64,000 nucleotides of DNA from an uncultured Phycisphaeraceae bacterium (lineage in GTDB: Bacteria; Planctomycetota; Phycisphaerae; Phycisphaerales; UBA1924). The DNA is taken from positions 50,359 through 114,358 of the forward strand of contig CAZTQV010000013.1 in NCBI GenBank assembly GCA_964615815.1. Direction: 5' to 3'. Position 1 is the stretch's first letter. Each line of letters opens with the position of its first letter. Below the pieces are notes generated by a model. That model had not been told where the DNA came from, did not search any database, and saw nothing but the letters and a program-made list of their open reading frames with translations. A program made the translations under genes and the position numbers. Shown one piece after another: positions 39,324 to 47,611 of this stretch.

Positions 39324-40694
39324 CTAGAACTGCTGGCTCGTGAGGGTGAGGAGGGGGATCATGATGCTCATGATGAGGGAGCCGATGAAGGCGAAGAGGG
39401 CGACGATGAGGAGGGGCTCGATCGCGGCGAGGAGGCGGGCGGTGAGGGTGTCGAGGCGCTCTGCCATGTCCTTGCTGAGCTCTTCGAAGGCGCCGTCGAG
39501 GTCGCCGGCGCGGTCGGCGGCGACCAACAGAGTGCGCGTGGCGAGGGGGAGGGTGGTCATGCGGCTGATGAGGGTGCGGAGGATGCCGCCCTCGACGAGG
39601 CGGGCGCGGAGCTGGTCGAGTTCGCGGCGGAGCTTGGGGTGGTTGACGGCGTGGACGGAGACGCCGAGGGATTCGGCGAGGTTGACGCCGGAGCGGCTCA
39701 TGGCGGCCATGACGGAGAAAAAGCGGGCGAGTTCCTGGGTGAGGATGACTTCCTTCAGGAGTGGCACGGAGCGGGCGACGCGGCCCAGGGCGGCGCCGAT
39801 GGCGGCGCGGGCGGCGTAGGCGAGGGCCCCGAGGACGGCGAGGCCGAGGAGCACCGGGCCCCATTGGTCGCGGAGGAACTGGCCCAGGCCCATGACGAAG
39901 CGGGTGTAGGCGGGGAGGTCGAGGCCGGCCTCTTCGAGCGAGGCGCCGATCATGGGGAGGATGACGGTGAGAAGGAGGACGCCCGCGAGCAGGCCGACGG
40001 TGGCGACGATGGCGGGGTAGATCAGGAGCGTGATGGCCTTGTTGCCGATGGCCATGCGGCGGCGGATGGTGCGGGCGAGCTGTTCCGATGCGGCGGCGAG
40101 GTCTCCGGTGCGTTCGGCGGCTCGGTAGACGGCGACGGTGACGCGGTCGAAGCCGCCGGCGGTGGCGGCGGCGTCGGCGAAGCTGGAGCCGGCGGCGACG
40201 CGCTCGCGCATGCGGTCGACGCGGGACTGCTGGGCGGGCTTGACGACGCTGGCGGCGACCTCGAGGGCGTCGACGAGGGGGACTCCCCGAGACACGAGCT
40301 GGGCGAGCTGTTCGTTCAGGGCGGCCTGGTCGGACGGGCTCATCGCCTTCTCGGGGGCGAGCCACGCGGGGACTGGCCAAGTTCGGAGGACGACGAGGCG
40401 GTCGCGCTTCAGCGTCTCGCCCAGGGCGCGGGAGGAGCGGGCGCGGCGGACGCCCATGGAGCGGGCGCCCGCGGGGTTCGCGGCGAGGTAGAGGAACGCC
40501 TTGGGGTTCGCGGCACGGGACACGGGTGGATGGTACTTCGGCTGGGGGTCGGGGTTGCGGTGAGTCGGGAGGGGGCCTGGGTCTGGGTTCGGGGCTGGAT
40601 GTTGGTGTGTGTACGGTACGCGGCTTTCGGCGGGGAGGGAGGTACCATCTGGTATGACACACGCTGCTGCGCCGACTGTGACGCCTTCCACCAC
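39324..40694 (-). CDS. Type II secretion / type IV pilus platform protein, GspF/PilC family.
   Basis: Two GspF repeats (GVPLVDALEVAA..., GVNLAESLGVS...) and three TM segments (LLIYPAIVATVGLLAGVLLLTVILPMI, LIVALFAFIGSLIMSIMIPL). The true start is likely an internal Met (MGVRRARSS), around 40450. Confidence 0.8.
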   Translation of the reverse strand: MVEGVTVGAAACVIPDGTSLPAESRVPYTHQHPAPNPDPGPLPTHRNPDPQPKYHPPVSRAANPKAFLYLAANPAGARSMGVRRARSSRALGETLKRDRLVVLRTWPVPAWLAPEKAMSPSDQAALNEQLAQLVSRGVPLVDALEVAASVVKPAQQSRVDRMRERVAAGSSFADAAATAGGFDRVTVAVYRAAERTGDLAAASEQLARTIRRRMAIGNKAITLLIYPAIVATVGLLAGVLLLTVILPMIGASLEEAGLDLPAYTRFVMGLGQFLRDQWGPVLLGLAVLGALAYAARAAIGAALGRVARSVPLLKEVILTQELARFFSVMAAMSRSGVNLAESLGVSVHAVNHPKLRRELDQLRARLVEGGILRTLISRMTTLPLATRTLLVAADRAGDLDGAFEELSKDMAERLDTLTARLLAAIEPLLIVALFAFIGSLIMSIMIPLLTLTSQQF

Positions 40695-40716
40695 GAACGA
40701 CGGACTGCCCCGGACG

Positions 40717-41757
40717 ATGCGGGCGCTCGTGAAGCATCACGCGGGGGAGGGGCTTCGGTTCGAGGATGACCACGCGGTGCCGGCGGTGGGGCCGCGGGAG
40801 GTGTTGGTGCGGGTGAAGAAGGCGGGGATCTGCGGGACGGACCGGCACATCTGGGAGTGGGACGACTGGGCGGCGGGGCGGATCCCGGTGGGGATCGTGA
40901 CGGGGCACGAGTTCGCGGGGGAGGTGGCGGCGGTGGGTTCTGCGGTGACGCGGTGCTCGGTCGGCGACCGCGTGAGCGCGGAGGGGCACATCACGGCGGG
41001 GCTTGATTACAACAGCCGGGTGGGGAACGCGCACATCGCGCGGGATACGAAGATCCTGGGCGTGGACCGCGACGGCGTGTTCGCGGATTTCGTGTGCGTG
41101 CCGGAGGAGAACATCTGGCCGATCCACCCGCAGATCCCGGACCGCGTGGCGGCGGTGTTCGATCCGCTTGGGAACGCGGTGCACACGGTGATGGCGGCGG
41201 ATGTGAGCGCGAAGAGCGTCTTGATCTCGGGCGTCGGGATCATCGGGCTGATGGCGGTGACGGTCGCGCGGGCGGCGGGCGCGGCGCGGATCTTTTGCAC
41301 CGATGTGAACCCGAAGCGGCTCGCGCTCGCGAAGCGGCTGGGCGCGGTCGAGGCGTTCGACGCGAGCAAGGGGTCGGACTGGATCGAGAAGGTGCGGGGG
41401 GCGTGCCACGACGGGGAGGGCGTGGATGTGCTGCTCGAGATGTCGGGCTCGTCGGGCGGGCTGAACGATGGGTTCCAGGCGCTGCGCAACGGCGGGACGG
41501 CGGCGCTGCTCGGCCTCCTGCCGAAGAGCCCGACCTTCGACTTCAACAAGCATGTGATCTTCAAGGGCTGCACCGTCCTCGGCATCAACGGGCGGCGGAT
41601 GTGGGAGACCTGGTACCAGATGGAGGAGCTGCTGCTGGGTGGGCGGCTGGAGCTGGACGAGATCATCACGCACGAGTTCCCGGTGGAGCAGTACGAGAAG
41701 GCGTTTGGGACGATGATTTCGGGGGAGGGGATTAAGGTGCTTTTGGATTTTGCGTGA
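40717..41757 (+). CDS. tdh: L-threonine 3-dehydrogenase (Zn-dependent MDR family).
   Basis: MRALVKHHAGEGLRFED...GICGTDRHIWEWDDWAAGRIPVGIVTGHEFAGEV...GVGIIGLMAVTVARAAGAARIF matches Tdh along its full length. Start chosen at MRALVK, inside the track ORF. Confidence 0.9.
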   Translation: MRALVKHHAGEGLRFEDDHAVPAVGPREVLVRVKKAGICGTDRHIWEWDDWAAGRIPVGIVTGHEFAGEVAAVGSAVTRCSVGDRVSAEGHITAGLDYNSRVGNAHIARDTKILGVDRDGVFADFVCVPEENIWPIHPQIPDRVAAVFDPLGNAVHTVMAADVSAKSVLISGVGIIGLMAVTVARAAGAARIFCTDVNPKRLALAKRLGAVEAFDASKGSDWIEKVRGACHDGEGVDVLLEMSGSSGGLNDGFQALRNGGTAALLGLLPKSPTFDFNKHVIFKGCTVLGINGRRMWETWYQMEELLLGGRLELDEIITHEFPVEQYEKAFGTMISGEGIKVLLDFA

Positions 41758-41786
41758 GGTGAACGCCATAGGTACCGGGAGTCGCC

Positions 41787-42056
41787 ATGACAAATTGGCT
41801 GCCGCCGCAACAGGGCGAAACGGTCATCCTCGGCGACACCACGAACGAGGCTGGGCGGATGGCGTGGCTTTGTTCGCAGTACCTCGTCAAGATTGTGGTT
41901 CTGCCGCAGCTTATGACATGTATCTACAAAGCACCCGATGGGCAGTTGTGGATCGAGGAGTATCCCCACGCGGAACGGCATGGTGGCGGCCCGATGCGGC
42001 TCCGACTCGTCGATCGGGCGCAGGTTAAGGCGATGTTGATCGCGGAGATCTCCTGA
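41787..42056 (+). CDS. Hypothetical small protein in the lower-GC islet.
   Basis: ORF only. Codon usage is less GC-biased than neighbouring genes. Followed immediately by structured repeat copy 1. Confidence 0.3.
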   Translation: MTNWLPPQQGETVILGDTTNEAGRMAWLCSQYLVKIVVLPQLMTCIYKAPDGQLWIEEYPHAERHGGGPMRLRLVDRAQVKAMLIAEIS

Positions 42057-42063
42057 TACGAAC

Positions 42064-42166
42064 GGGCGTCGTCGGCACGGCTTGCCGCAGAGCCGGTCAA
42101 GCCGTGGCACCCGGCGTCTGGTGTGGGCCGGCACTACGCGACGCGGGGCGTCGCATAGTGGCACCG
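42064..42166. repeat. Structured intergenic repeat of ~103 bp, copy 1, containing two hairpins: CACGGCTTG-N13-CAAGCCGTG and GCGACGC-GGGG-GCGTCGC.
   Basis: About 90% identical to 43831..43933. A 33-bp core also occurs at 43053..43085. Confidence 0.6.
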
Positions 42167-42295
42167 CGCGAGATCGTGGTTGCTTGGCCTCGGTCGCCGG
42201 CTGCCGAATCTGTGAAGGTAAGGCAGACGAGCTATGCGCCGTTATCGCATCGGCACGGTACGATCCTGCGGTTGTTCACCTGAGGGCTGGCTGAG

Positions 42296-43006
42296 ATGCG
42301 ATACTTGGTCTTGTTGGTTGCGATATTGGTGCTGATGTCGGTGGTTTCCTGTCGGTCGGTGGAGACAAACGGTGCGTCTGCTTCCGCTGAACCTGAAGCG
42401 GTTGCGGGCAATGTAGTTGCGTCCCCTGCGTCGCAGTGGGCTTCGAGCCTCGTTCGATGGCGGGTCTCTGCGACTAACGAGGGCGACGGCGAGCTTGTGG
42501 GTCGCAGTGCAACCGCAAGTGCTCATGATGGTCTTGCGGTCATCGTTGACAGAGTGAGGCACGACAATGAATTGGTTGTGTCGCAGTATGTGGTGGATAT
42601 TGATGCAGACGGGACCGTCGAGGAAGTTCTCGAGTCGGTCGAGTTGTATCGCGTGTCGGGTGATGAGTACGAACTGTATCGACGGCTTGCAGATGAGCTG
42701 TGCGCGGCGTGCGATGGCATCAGTGTCCGTCCATTAGAGATAGTGGGCAATATAGTTGTGCACAGCAACTACGAGTGTGATAGATACATTGTTGTTGATT
42801 CAGTTGCTGCAATAAATGTAATGATAAATCGCGCTGCGTTTCCGGGCTTTGAAGCATACATTGAATCCCGAATAGCTCGGTCCATTGCAAAGAGCGAGTT
42901 GTCGAGAATAAGCTACCAAACAGTTCGACAGAATTGTGGCCAAATTGAGGGCGCTTTGTTAGATGTGTTTGACGAGCTGCAAATGGCCGCGGCGCAGGCA
43001 GAGTGA
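42296..43006 (+). CDS. Hypothetical lipoprotein in the lower-GC islet.
   Basis: Lipoprotein signal MRYLVLLVAILVLMSVVSC. GC content is clearly below the window average. No recognisable domain. Confidence 0.5.
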   Translation: MRYLVLLVAILVLMSVVSCRSVETNGASASAEPEAVAGNVVASPASQWASSLVRWRVSATNEGDGELVGRSATASAHDGLAVIVDRVRHDNELVVSQYVVDIDADGTVEEVLESVELYRVSGDEYELYRRLADELCAACDGISVRPLEIVGNIVVHSNYECDRYIVVDSVAAINVMINRAAFPGFEAYIESRIARSIAKSELSRISYQTVRQNCGQIEGALLDVFDELQMAAAQAE

Positions 43007-43032
43007 TGCTGGGGTTCGTGCCTCGGCCATGA

Positions 43033-43090
43033 GCGGCTTCCTCGGCGCGGATTGTCGCAGAGCCGGTCAAGCCGTGGCACCCGGCTCGGC
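43033..43090. repeat. Partial copy (core TGTCGCAGAGCCGGTCAAGCCGTGGCACCCGGC) of the structured repeat.
   Basis: A 33-nt block nearly identical to the core of copy 1. Lies between the lipoprotein ORF and the membrane-protein ORF. Confidence 0.5.
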
Positions 43091-43185
43091 CGCGGGCGGG
43101 CTGCATCGCTTTGGCACGAGTCGGGTGTACGCTGAGCGCGGTGCCAAGTGTCGCGAGTGTGGTCGCGCTTTGAAAGGGATGTATC

Positions 43186-43803
43186 TTGAATGGCCGAGGG
43201 TGCCCGTCGCCGCGGGGTATCCGTTTCCAGCTATGCACGCCTGAAGAGGCTGTCGCGAATGGTGCGAGCTATTCGAGTTGGTCGTTGCGTCCGGCGCTCG
43301 TGTGGTGGTTCTTTGGCATCCTGCTTGTGGTGATTCCTTGGGGCATTGAGTATGGCGGCTGGTTGCCGGCAGTGTATCGGAGTCCAGACGAGATCGAGGC
43401 CGATGCGCCTGTTCGAAATCATCTCTTCGTAGGTCTCATCGCGTTCTATGTCATCGCCTTTGGTGGTGGTGCGCTGCGTGCGGCGACTTACGAGCACATC
43501 GTGGTCGAGAATGACCGGTGTCACCTGCGTTGGAAGTTCACGCCGTGGGTCACCTGGAAAAGCAGGCGGTTCCGGGTGCCCGTTCCGGTCATGCTTGTGC
43601 GTGCTTCATCGCAGTTCGGGAACATTGGATATCGTGAAGTTGGCGTGTTGGTGTGCTTTCGCGCCCATGATGCCAATGTCTGCGTCGCGGGGTTCAAGAC
43701 GGAAGGCGAAGCGCGGGATTGGATCGGGCGGGTGCCGCAATCGCGTATCCGCGTGGATGAAGTCGTTCGTAGCTGGATGGTCAGTACGGTCCCGTTTCCG
43801 TAG
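43186..43803 (+). CDS. Hypothetical membrane protein (2 N-terminal TM helices plus a soluble domain) in the lower-GC islet.
   Basis: Hydrophobic segments LVWWFFGILLVVIPWGI and LFVGLIAFYVIAFGGGAL. Lower GC. No known domain. Confidence 0.45.
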   Translation: MNGRGCPSPRGIRFQLCTPEEAVANGASYSSWSLRPALVWWFFGILLVVIPWGIEYGGWLPAVYRSPDEIEADAPVRNHLFVGLIAFYVIAFGGGALRAATYEHIVVENDRCHLRWKFTPWVTWKSRRFRVPVPVMLVRASSQFGNIGYREVGVLVCFRAHDANVCVAGFKTEGEARDWIGRVPQSRIRVDEVVRSWMVSTVPFP

Positions 43804-43830
43804 GTTGTGCGACGCCGCTTTGTGGCAAGT

Positions 43831-43933
43831 GGGCGTCGTCGGCACGGCTTGGTGCGGAACCGGTCAAGCCGTGGCGCCCGGTGTATGGGGTGGGGCGGCA
43901 CTACGCGACGCGGGGCGTCGCATAGTGGCACCG
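43831..43933. repeat. Structured intergenic repeat, copy 3 (full length).
   Basis: GGGCGTCGTCGGCACGGCTTGGTGCGGAACCGGTCAAGCCGTGGCGCCCGG...GGCGGCACTACGCGACGCGGGGCGTCGCATAGTGGCACCG. About 90% identical to copy 1. The loop differs while the stem is kept. Confidence 0.6.
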
Positions 43934-43943
43934 GGGGTTGTGA

Positions 43944-44024
43944 ATCAGAGCCGCGATCGTGAGATCGCGGGGTTTGTGCGCCGGTCGTGGGGGCGGACCG
44001 CGATCTCACGATCGCGGCTCTGAT
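43944..44024. repeat. Perfect 27-bp inverted repeat (ATCAGAGCCGCGATCGTGAGATCGCGG / CCGCGATCTCACGATCGCGGCTCTGAT) separated by a 27-nt GC-rich spacer. Sits at the 3' end of the Hsp70 gene and is a probable bidirectional terminator / REP-like element.
   Basis: Read directly from the sequence. The left arm recurs verbatim at 48934..48960. Confidence 0.6.
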
Positions 44025-44100
44025 TGGGAGTGGCTCTGATTGGAGTGGTGCTGGTTGGGAGTGGCTCTGATTGGAGTGGTGCTGGTTGGGAGTGGGTCTG
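44018..44100. repeat. Tandem direct repeat: about 2.6 copies of a 31-bp unit (CTCTGATTGGAGTGGTGCTGGTTGGGAGTGG).
   Basis: Read directly from the sequence, immediately after the inverted repeat and before the Hsp70 stop codon at 44108. Confidence 0.55.
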
Positions 44101-44107
44101 GTTGGGG

Positions 44108-46042
44108 TCAGTCGTCTTTGAGTGTCGCGGTGATGGCGACTTCCTGGAGTTTGATGCTGGCCTGGTCGAGGGCGTCTTTGGCCTTGGCGAAGGCGTTGGC
44201 GTCGACGGATTGCCAGTTGTTCTTGGCGTCGGCGACGAGCTTGGCGAGGTGGTCGCGTTTGGTTTCGAGGTCGGTGCGGTAGGCGGGGTCGAGGGCGTTC
44301 TTGTGCTTGTCGAAGCGGTCGCCGATCCATTTCAGGTCGAGCTCGGAGTTCGTGATGAGGTCGACGATGCGGTGGCGGGTCATGTCCTCCTTGGCGTGGG
44401 CGTAGCTCTCGGCCTCGATGCGTTCGACCTCGGACTCGGTGAGGCCGTGGTTGGGGATGATCTGGAGCTGGGCTCGTTTGCCGGAGCGTTTCTCGGTGGC
44501 GGCGACCTTGAGGACGCCGTTGGCGTCGACGAGGAACTCGACCTCGAGCTGAGGGATGCCGGCGGGCATGGGGGGGAGGCCCGCGAGGTGAAACTCGCCC
44601 AGGCTGCGGCAGTCCTCGGCCATTTCGCGTTCGCCCTGGAGGACATTGAGCTTGATGGAGGTCTGGCCGTCGACGGCGGTGGTGAAGGTCTCGGTGGCTC
44701 GGGCGGGGACGGAGGAATTGCGGACGATGAGCTTGGCGACGGCGCCGCCGCGGGTCTCGAGGCCGAGGGAAAGTGGGATGACATCGAGGAGGAGCGTGGC
44801 GGCGGGTGCCTTGCCGGCGCCGGCGAGGATGGCGCCCTGGACGGCGGCGCCGAGCGCGACGACGGTGTCGGGATCGAGTGCGGTGTAGGGCTCGACGCCG
44901 AAGATGTCGGCGACGGTGCGTTGGACGAGGGGGATGCGTGTGGAGCCGCCGACGAGGACGGCGCGGTCGACGCTCCCGTTGTCGAGTTCTGCCTTGGCGT
45001 CTCGGAGGGCGCGTTCGCAGGCGGCGCGGGTGCGGTCGACCCAGGGCTGCATGAGCTCTTCGAGCTCTGCGCGGGTGACGGTGCGGCGGTAGGGCTCGCC
45101 GGATTCGGTGGCGATCTCGACGGTGGTGGTCTCGTCGGTGCTGAGCTTGTGCTTGACGGCGCGGGCGAAGCCGGCGATGGCGCGGCGGGTCGTTGGGGGG
45201 AGATTCGCGAGGTCGGCACCGAGCCCCATCTCGGTGAGGAAGAGTTTGACGAGCGCGAAGTCGATGTCGTCGCCGCCGAGGCGGGTGTCGCCCGCGGTCG
45301 ACAGGACCTGGAAGAAGCTCGGGTCGTCTCCGGCGGCCTCTCCGGGGATGATCCTGAGGATCGAGACATCGAAGGTGCCGCCGCCGAGGTCGTAGACGGC
45401 GACGGTCTGCGGCTCGGCGTTGCGGTCGGCGGAGCGGGCGAGGCCGATGCCGTAGGCGAGGGCGGCGGCCGTGGGCTCGTTGACGATGCGGGCGATGTCG
45501 AGCCCGGCGAGCCGGCCGGCGTCGCGGGTGGCCTGGCGTTGGGCGTCGTCGAAGTAGGCGGGGACGGTGACGACGGCGCGGCGGATGTCGCGGCCGAGGG
45601 CGCGTTCGGCGCGGCGCTTGAGGGCGGCGAGGATCTCGGCGGAGACTTCCTGGGGGGAGACGACCTTGGGCGGAGAATCGGGATCGAGCGGCAGAGCGAC
45701 GCGGGCGGTGTCGTGCTCACCGGAGACGACCCGGAAGGAGAGGTAGGGCAGGTCGGGGGCGGCGTCGGCGAGGCTGCGGCCCATGAGGCGCTTGACCGAG
45801 GCGACGGTGGTGAGGGGGAACTCGGGGGCGCGGTCGGCGGCGTCGGGTCCGAGAACGGTGCGGAAGCCCCGGGGCGACCCCGGGTCGGGCTCGTAGCGCA
45901 CGACGGAGGGAAGTATCGGGCTCTCGGCGTCGTTGGCGAGGACGCGGGGCCCCTTCTCGTCGGCGATGGCGACGAGGCTGTTGGTGGTGCCGAGATCGAT
46001 GCCGATGATGGGCTCGGGCTGGGTTGGCTCTTGGGTCGTCAT
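44108..46042 (-). CDS. Hsp70 family chaperone (DnaK/HscA-like).
   Basis: N-terminal actin-like ATPase motifs [22 protein letters not shown] and [10 protein letters not shown], followed by a substrate-binding domain and a C-terminal helical lid. Confidence 0.9.
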   Translation of the reverse strand: MTTQEPTQPEPIIGIDLGTTNSLVAIADEKGPRVLANDAESPILPSVVRYEPDPGSPRGFRTVLGPDAADRAPEFPLTTVASVKRLMGRSLADAAPDLPYLSFRVVSGEHDTARVALPLDPDSPPKVVSPQEVSAEILAALKRRAERALGRDIRRAVVTVPAYFDDAQRQATRDAGRLAGLDIARIVNEPTAAALAYGIGLARSADRNAEPQTVAVYDLGGGTFDVSILRIIPGEAAGDDPSFFQVLSTAGDTRLGGDDIDFALVKLFLTEMGLGADLANLPPTTRRAIAGFARAVKHKLSTDETTTVEIATESGEPYRRTVTRAELEELMQPWVDRTRAACERALRDAKAELDNGSVDRAVLVGGSTRIPLVQRTVADIFGVEPYTALDPDTVVALGAAVQGAILAGAGKAPAATLLLDVIPLSLGLETRGGAVAKLIVRNSSVPARATETFTTAVDGQTSIKLNVLQGEREMAEDCRSLGEFHLAGLPPMPAGIPQLEVEFLVDANGVLKVAATEKRSGKRAQLQIIPNHGLTESEVERIEAESYAHAKEDMTRHRIVDLITNSELDLKWIGDRFDKHKNALDPAYRTDLETKRDHLAKLVADAKNNWQSVDANAFAKAKDALDQASIKLQEVAITATLKDD

Positions 46043-46192
46043 TGGCGGACGCTAGGGGGGAACCGGGAGTCGGTCGGCCCGGTAGGGATGCAGAGCGTGG
46101 GGGTCCGCTAGGATCCGTCCTTGCACAGAACACGATGTCCGGGCCCGTGGCCGGCTTTCCGGCGGGGTCTCAAGGTCAGGGGAGTATCAGGT

Positions 46193-47551
46193 ATGCCGAC
46201 GATGACCGGTTTCGCGACGCGTGGTTCCCGTTCGATGGGGCTCCGGGCGCTGGCGTGCGTGGCGGCGCTGGTGGCGGGTGGGTCGGCCCTGGCGCAGGAC
46301 GCGGGGAAGGCGATCATCGAGCGGGCCGCGGACGCGGTGAAGGCGATGCGGTCGTTCGAGGCGAAGGCGACGATCGAGGGGGTGGGGGGGTACGCGGCGT
46401 TCATGCCGCAGGGCGAGGCGACGGTGCGGATGGTGCGGGCCCGCGAGGAGGGGAACCGGCTGTTCGACGAGCGGGTGGACGGGAAGATCAAGTCGCGGGG
46501 TGACGGGGAAGAGGTGAACGAGATCACGGTTCGCCGGACGGGCGATATGACGGTGTATGTCGACCACGAGCAGAAGGTGGTGCAGGAGCGGGCGGGGGCG
46601 AACACGATGACGCCGGACGGGTCGCTCGACGACTATGTGCGGCTGTCGGAGATGGCGAAGGACGAGCCGTTTACGCGTGAGCTCGAGGCCGAGCAGTGGG
46701 AGATCGAGGAGAGCCAGGAGATCGGCGGGGTGCCGGTCGATGTGGTGTATGTGACCTACGCGATGGACACGAGCCGTCGGGCGCGGCCCACGGCGACGCA
46801 GTCTTACACGCACGCGCGGTGGTACATCGCGAAGGGCGACAGCCTGCCGCGTCGGGTGGACCGGATCGCGGCGGCGGGGGGGCTGAGCTTCACGCTGCGG
46901 GCGACCTACACGGATGTGAAGACGGACACCGGGCTGACGGTGGACTCACTGAAGATCGAGACGCCCGAGGGGTACACGCGGCAGGACCTGACGGTGCGCG
47001 AGGTGCAGCGGCCGGGCGGGCCGGAGCGTGTCGTCGAGCCGCGGGATGTCACGACGCGTCCGACGGAGCCGGCGAAGCCCGCGCAGCCGCAATACCCGGC
47101 GGCGCCGGAGTTCACGCTGGCGACGGCTTCGGGCGAGACGGTGACGAAGGAGTCGCTGAAGGGCGAGGTCAGCGTGTTCTACTTCTGGGGGACCTGGTGC
47201 GTGCCGTGCCGGGCGTACAGCCCGCTGGTGAGCGGGCTCGTGGAGAAGTTCGAGGGCGAGCCGGTGGGGGTGTACGGGCTGGCGGTGCGTGAGCGTTCGG
47301 CGGAGGCTCCGAAGGCGTACATGAGCGAGAACGGCTACAAGCACACGCTGCTGCTGGGCGACCCCGAGGGGCGGAGCATCGGGGCGGACGAGGCGGCCCG
47401 GGCCTTCAAGGTGCGGGTGTACCCGTCGATCGCGCTGATGGGCAAGAACGGGGAACTGGTGGACTTCTGGCGTCCGCAGAGCGGCGTGGAGCCCACCGCC
47501 CTCGTCGGCGAGGTGGAAGAGGCGATCCGCGGCTACCTCGCGAATCACTGA
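46193..47551 (+). CDS. Secreted two-domain protein: N-terminal LolA-like / unknown domain plus C-terminal TlpA/ResA-type thioredoxin.
   Basis: RBS GGGGAG 8 nt upstream of the ATG at 46193. Signal MGLRALACVAALVAGGSALA. Thioredoxin motif WGTWCVPC. TlpA-like context. Confidence 0.75.
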   Translation: MPTMTGFATRGSRSMGLRALACVAALVAGGSALAQDAGKAIIERAADAVKAMRSFEAKATIEGVGGYAAFMPQGEATVRMVRAREEGNRLFDERVDGKIKSRGDGEEVNEITVRRTGDMTVYVDHEQKVVQERAGANTMTPDGSLDDYVRLSEMAKDEPFTRELEAEQWEIEESQEIGGVPVDVVYVTYAMDTSRRARPTATQSYTHARWYIAKGDSLPRRVDRIAAAGGLSFTLRATYTDVKTDTGLTVDSLKIETPEGYTRQDLTVREVQRPGGPERVVEPRDVTTRPTEPAKPAQPQYPAAPEFTLATASGETVTKESLKGEVSVFYFWGTWCVPCRAYSPLVSGLVEKFEGEPVGVYGLAVRERSAEAPKAYMSENGYKHTLLLGDPEGRSIGADEAARAFKVRVYPSIALMGKNGELVDFWRPQSGVEPTALVGEVEEAIRGYLANH

Positions 47552-47564
47552 GCGGGGCACAGGA

Positions 47565-47594
47565 CCAAATCGCAAATGGCCAAAGGGCCAAATG
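47565..47594. other. A-rich CCAAA-iterated motif (CCAAATCGCAAATGGCCAAAGGGCCAAATG) at the 3' flank of rlmN. A related copy lies at 48885..48917.
   Basis: Read directly from the sequence. Local AT-rich anomaly. Two copies bracket one gene. Confidence 0.4.
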
Positions 47595-47611
47595 CTTGAG
47601 GCGGTGTGCCG

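Noticed and set aside
37789-41793. 1334-aa ORF on the minus strand, Arg/Pro/His-rich
   Set aside because: It runs through four real genes in other frames or strands (DapDC-like, GspF, tdh). The low-complexity RPRH composition is the typical alternative-frame artefact of high-GC DNA.
42064-42166. Possible tRNA or tmRNA in the structured repeats
   Set aside because: No cloverleaf, no T-loop (GTTCRANYC) or anticodon arm. The hairpins are simple stem-loops.
44018-44100. Possible CRISPR array
   Set aside because: Only about 2.6 contiguous 31-bp units with no unique spacers and no cas genes. A simple tandem repeat.
41758-44107. Interpretation of the ORF-plus-repeat islet as an integron cassette array
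   Set aside because: No intI integrase is in the window. The repeats do not show the R''/L''-L'/R' core sites (GTTRRRY) of attC. Kept only as a weak analogy in the islet finding.
44024-46111. 695-aa plus-strand ORF
   Set aside because: Antisense of the Hsp70 gene. Gly/Val/Ala/Asp low complexity.
46043-46192. Searched for a CIRCE/HrcA operator upstream of the Hsp70 gene
   Set aside because: No TTAGCACTC-N9-GAGTGCTAA-like inverted repeat is present, so heat-shock regulation cannot be asserted from the sequence.
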